A stretch of 32,000 nt of DNA from Candidatus Saccharimonadota bacterium (GTDB lineage: Bacteria > Bacillota_I > Bacilli_A > Mycoplasmatales > Hepatoplasmataceae): NCBI GenBank assembly GCA_027925225.1, contig AP027131.1, positions 630,001-662,000 of the forward strand, read 5' to 3'. Positions 28,890-32,000 of this stretch are shown piece by piece. Each line of letters opens with the position of its first letter. Within the stretch, counting starts at the first letter, position 1. The notes beneath the pieces are model-generated. The model was given only the letters and a program-made list of their open reading frames with translations, had not been told where the DNA came from and did no database searches. Made by a program: the position numbers and the translations under genes.

Positions 28890-31430
28890 TTATACCTTAC
28901 CTTGTGCTATTTTCTTTGCCTTTCTTTCTTTTAGCCAATGTCTTGTAAGTTCATTTGTAATTGTAAATAATGCTGAAAATATCCAATAAATCGCAAGTAA
29001 AACAGAAACAGTAAGTCCAATAAATACAAATACTCCAACTAAAATGTTTTGTGTTCTTCTTTGTTTTTTAAGAGCTTTTTTTGTTGCTTCATCAACTTGT
29101 TTTACTCCTCTTCTTTTATTTGCAAGCCAACCTGGAAGTTTTGAAGAAATACCTTGAGCAAAACCAACGGTAATCCCTACTAAAAGATAAACAATAAATA
29201 AAGAACTTATATTAAACATTCCATAAAAAGAAGACACAGAAAAAGAGAATGCACCAACTGAAGCAATTTTATAAATAGGAATTGCAGAAATAATAATAAA
29301 TAAGGAAAGAAAAATTGGAAGTGTAATAAAAACCGTGCCAAGGGAGGCAAAAGGATTTATTTCATATTTCTTATAAATACCCATTTTTTCTTGTTGCTTT
29401 TTAGCTTTCATTTGTTTATTTTTTTTATCATAAACAGCATATTTAGCATCAACTTCAGCTAAAATAGGCTGAATTTCTTGCATTTTTTGTTGATTTTTAC
29501 TAGAACCAACAGAAAGCAATAGTCCTATACCTCTTAGCATAAAAGTAATAATAAATATTCCTAATATTACTCCTCAAGCTCCAAAAGTACTATAAGGAAA
29601 TCATGTACTAACTCATATTGATAATTGAGAAAGAGGAAAAACAAATAATCCATACATTGGACCATAATCTGGATCCCAAGCATCTCCTCAATCATTTCAA
29701 GAAGAGAATATATCTCTATCACTGTTGTTTCCGTCTTGCCCAGACTTATCTATTGCATCATATACAGTTGAATCATAAGTTAAATATTGATAGGTTCCTC
29801 CATCAATAGAAGTCTCACCAATAGAAGAAATTCCAATAAAATTTTCTTGTGTGTCAACTCCAATAGAATTACCATTTTCTATTCCCGCAGAAGCATTTAC
29901 TGTTCCATTTACATAATAACCTGAATTAGTTCCTGTTTCATCTATTGAAGTTCTATATTTTTGCATATTTGCATTAAAATCTTCTTGTGTATCTCCATAA
30001 AGATAATTAGTGTTGCTATTTGAATAATTATTAATTTCTATAAAATCTCCATCTTCTTCAAGCATTGCTCAACCAGCATTATTTGTTCTCTCTTGAGTTC
30101 CTGCTTCAGTATTTTCATATCAATTAGGATCACGCATTCCAGTTGAACTTTCTTCACCTGATACACTATAATTATCAAAAGTATTTATCGCACTATCAGA
30201 AGGATAAAGTGGATGAGCTCTATTTTGAGAAACAATAGAATAACCAAGACCAGAATAAAGTTCATATGTTAAGCTAGAATCTGATTTATATAAATCAATA
30301 TCTTGAATTATAGGAAATGAAGCTGTATAAACTTCATTAATTACAGTTCCTTGAAAAAGAACTGTAGTTATCAAATCATGAATTGAAATATTTTCTTGAG
30401 TTCCATTTATATCCATTGAAATAATGTCGCTTGAGCTAAATTCTTTTCCTGAGATAAAAGAAGCAGCATTAGTATAAAAAACCATTTGTTCATAAGCAAC
30501 TTCATTTTTTCTATTTGTATCATAAATATCAGGATTATCTCAATCTTCTTGTTCTATAAAAGTATCAGTTTCTCCATCAATTATTTCTCAATTAGCTGGA
30601 TCTTCTCATCAATCGGTTCCTAAATTTTCTAAATTAACTAATGAATCATTAGGAACAATAAATTTTTCATAAAAAGGAACTGAAGTTATATTTCCATCTT
30701 CATCTTCTTTTATAAGTCCATTATTAAGGGCTTCATCTTGACCATATATTTTTATATAAAAATCTACAAAATTTTTTGATCCATCTCCATTTATATCGGC
30801 ATTATCAAGATCATAAAAATATTGTGGTAAAGTGTAATAAGGAAGAACTCATGGAACACCATCTGTAGTTTCTGTCTGTAATGATTTACCATCATTATAA
30901 AAAGATCAATCATAAAGATATAAATAAGCTTGAGCAGTTGACTCATCCACTGTATAAGAAAGCGGTTGTGTTGAATGCTCTCCTGTAGATGTTGTTACAT
31001 CAGAAGATCTTATAAAAAGGTCATCATAATTTACATTTTCAACTTTATCTTCAGAAGTTATTTCTGGATTAAAATTAGGATTTATTGTATAAAATTCAAA
31101 AGGTATTTTTTCTTTTACTTCTTCTTGCGTTTCAGAATCTACACCTGTTGAATACATTTCATAAACATGTGAAGATTCTTCACCCATATAAATATTAGGA
31201 ATTACTGAATCATAACTTGAATAAAATTCAATACCTTGAGATACCGCTCCTGAAGTGGTGTGTCTAAATTCATTAACACAGCCTCAAAGTGAAGTCATTA
31301 TTAAGAATGTATAAAGTGCTCATTTTAGATATTTTAAAAATTTCTTAAAAACACTTTTCCAAGAAAATGATTCTCCATCTAAAAATGATTTTTTTGCTTC
31401 TCTATAAAATGTATGATCTTGTTTTGCCAT
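28890..31430 (-). CDS. yidC: YidC/Oxa1-family membrane insertase with a very large N-terminal extracytoplasmic domain (846 aa)
   Basis: Fragments 28890..29540, 29697..30065, 30120..30485 and 30906..31187 and all gaps were translated in one frame. They contain 15 TGA codons and no TAA or TAG. ATG 31430 lies 8 nt after the rnpA stop. The N-terminal hydrophobic segment ends in LWGC, which is lipobox-like, with the Cys at residue 51. The C-terminal part is a typical YidC core (…QQKMQEIQPILAEVDAKY…KMGIYKKYEINPFASLG…) with a basic tail. Confidence 0.85.
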
Positions 31431-31438
31431 TTCAAAAT

Positions 31439-31762
31439 CTAAACTTTAGATATTTTTTTTAAGACTGTTTTAATTATTTTGCTCTTTTCTTCAAATGTTT
31501 TATCTATAAAATTTTTATTTACTATAATTACAAATTGTTTTTTTATTTTTTCAAATTTATAAGTATCTATTATGTTTTTTATTTGTCTTTTATTTTTATT
31601 TCTTAAAACTGCATTTCCTAATTTCTTCGGAACTGAAATACCAACTTGAAATGACTCTGATGATAATCAATAAACTGATAGTTCTTTAAAATATATTTTC
31701 TTTCCTGTTTTAATTACTAATTCAAATAATTCTTCTTTTTTAAGAAGAAAATCTTTTTTCAT
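31439..31762 (-). CDS. rnpA: Ribonuclease P protein component (107 aa)
   Basis: This gene is not in the ORF track because a TGA splits it. ATG 31762 opens MKKDFLLKKEELFELVIKTGKKIYFKELSVYWLSSESFQVGISVPKKLGNAVLRNKNKRQIK…, ending at TAG 31439. The GISVxKKxGNAVxRNxxKR block is the RNase P protein signature. The ATG directly abuts the rpmH stop (TAAATG). Confidence 0.85.
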
Positions 31763-31906
31763 TTATTTTGATGAAGAAGATACCCTTCCTCTTTTTTTGG
31801 ATCTTCTTGAGTTTACAACAGAACGACCATTTTTACTAGACATTCTAATTCTAAAACCATGCGTCTTTTTTCTTTTTAACTTATTAGGTTGATATGTTCT
31901 TTTCAC
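31763..31906 (-). CDS. rpmH: 50S ribosomal protein L34 (47 aa)
   Basis: The start is GTG 31906, preceded by AAGGTGAG. The sequence is [47 protein letters not shown], ending at TAA 31763. The N-terminus is canonical for L34. Confidence 0.9.
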   Translation of the reverse strand: MKRTYQPNKLKRKKTHGFRIRMSSKNGRSVVNSRRSKKRGRVSSSSK

Positions 31907-31937
31907 CTTACTCACCTTCACTTTTTAATATATATAT

Positions 31938-31946
31938 TGTAGATAA
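31938..31946 (-). promoter_or_regulatory. DnaA-box-like 9-mer (TTATCTACA, one mismatch to TTATCCACA) upstream of rpmH
   Basis: The plus strand reads TGTAGATAA at 31938-31946, about 30 nt upstream of the rpmH start, where oriC and the dnaA promoter region usually lie in Firmicutes and Mollicutes. Only one box is visible before the window ends. Confidence 0.3.
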
Positions 31947-32000
31947 CACAAAAAAGAGTAAAACACTCCTAATAAAAATTATATAGAAAAGAAATTTAAA

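Noticed and set aside
29618-29809. Plus-strand 63-aa ORF.
   Set aside because: It is antisense to yidC.
1-32000. CRISPR arrays, insertion sequences, integrases, phage or toxin-antitoxin modules, and rRNA genes.
   Set aside because: I saw no regularly spaced repeats and no transposase, recombinase or Cas-like motifs in any frame. The only repeats are the short ones listed above. The many split ORFs are explained by TGA=Trp, not by pseudogenisation.

Overview
This window is a very AT-rich, gene-dense chromosomal segment from a Mollicutes-type bacterium that reads TGA as Trp (translation table 4). The supplied standard-code ORF track is therefore fragmented. I merged same-frame fragments after checking codon by codon that the gaps contain no TAA or TAG.

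Gene content, from left to right:
- A six-gene tRNA cluster on the minus strand (Asn-Glu-Val-Thr-Leu-Arg; Arg is cut by the window edge).
- ktrA and a MATE efflux pump on the plus strand.
- A long, mostly minus-strand housekeeping run: phosphohexomutase, rsmG, and a four-gene BMP-family (nucleoside-type) ABC importer.
- mnmG and tRNA-Gly.
- A three-gene module of unclear function: a membrane transporter with two IPGCG motifs, a LicA-like kinase and a Trp-free basic protein.
- A plus-strand set: an AIG1/FAR-17a-like membrane protein, a small hypothetical protein and metG.
- ktrB, ligA and a 498-aa Phe-rich polytopic membrane protein.
- A plus-strand Mn-type sodA.
- A degenerate EIIA(Glc)-like gene, prmC (frameshifted in an A9 tract), prfA, rpmE, rpoE, an 846-aa yidC, rnpA and rpmH.

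The rpmH-rnpA-yidC and mnmG/rsmG genes, the strand bias and one DnaA-box-like 9-mer at the right edge suggest the window abuts oriC. I saw no CRISPR array, transposase, integrase, phage gene or rRNA.

The most unusual items are:
- The yidC gene carries a roughly 540-aa predicted extracellular insertion.
- prmC has a homopolymer frameshift.
- An SOD gene is present in a TGA=Trp genome.
- The transporter-kinase-unknown module has no recognised function.
- One open reading frame is interrupted by an in-frame TAA.

None of these is demonstrably a new system from sequence alone. All family assignments rest on motifs I read by eye, not on database searches.
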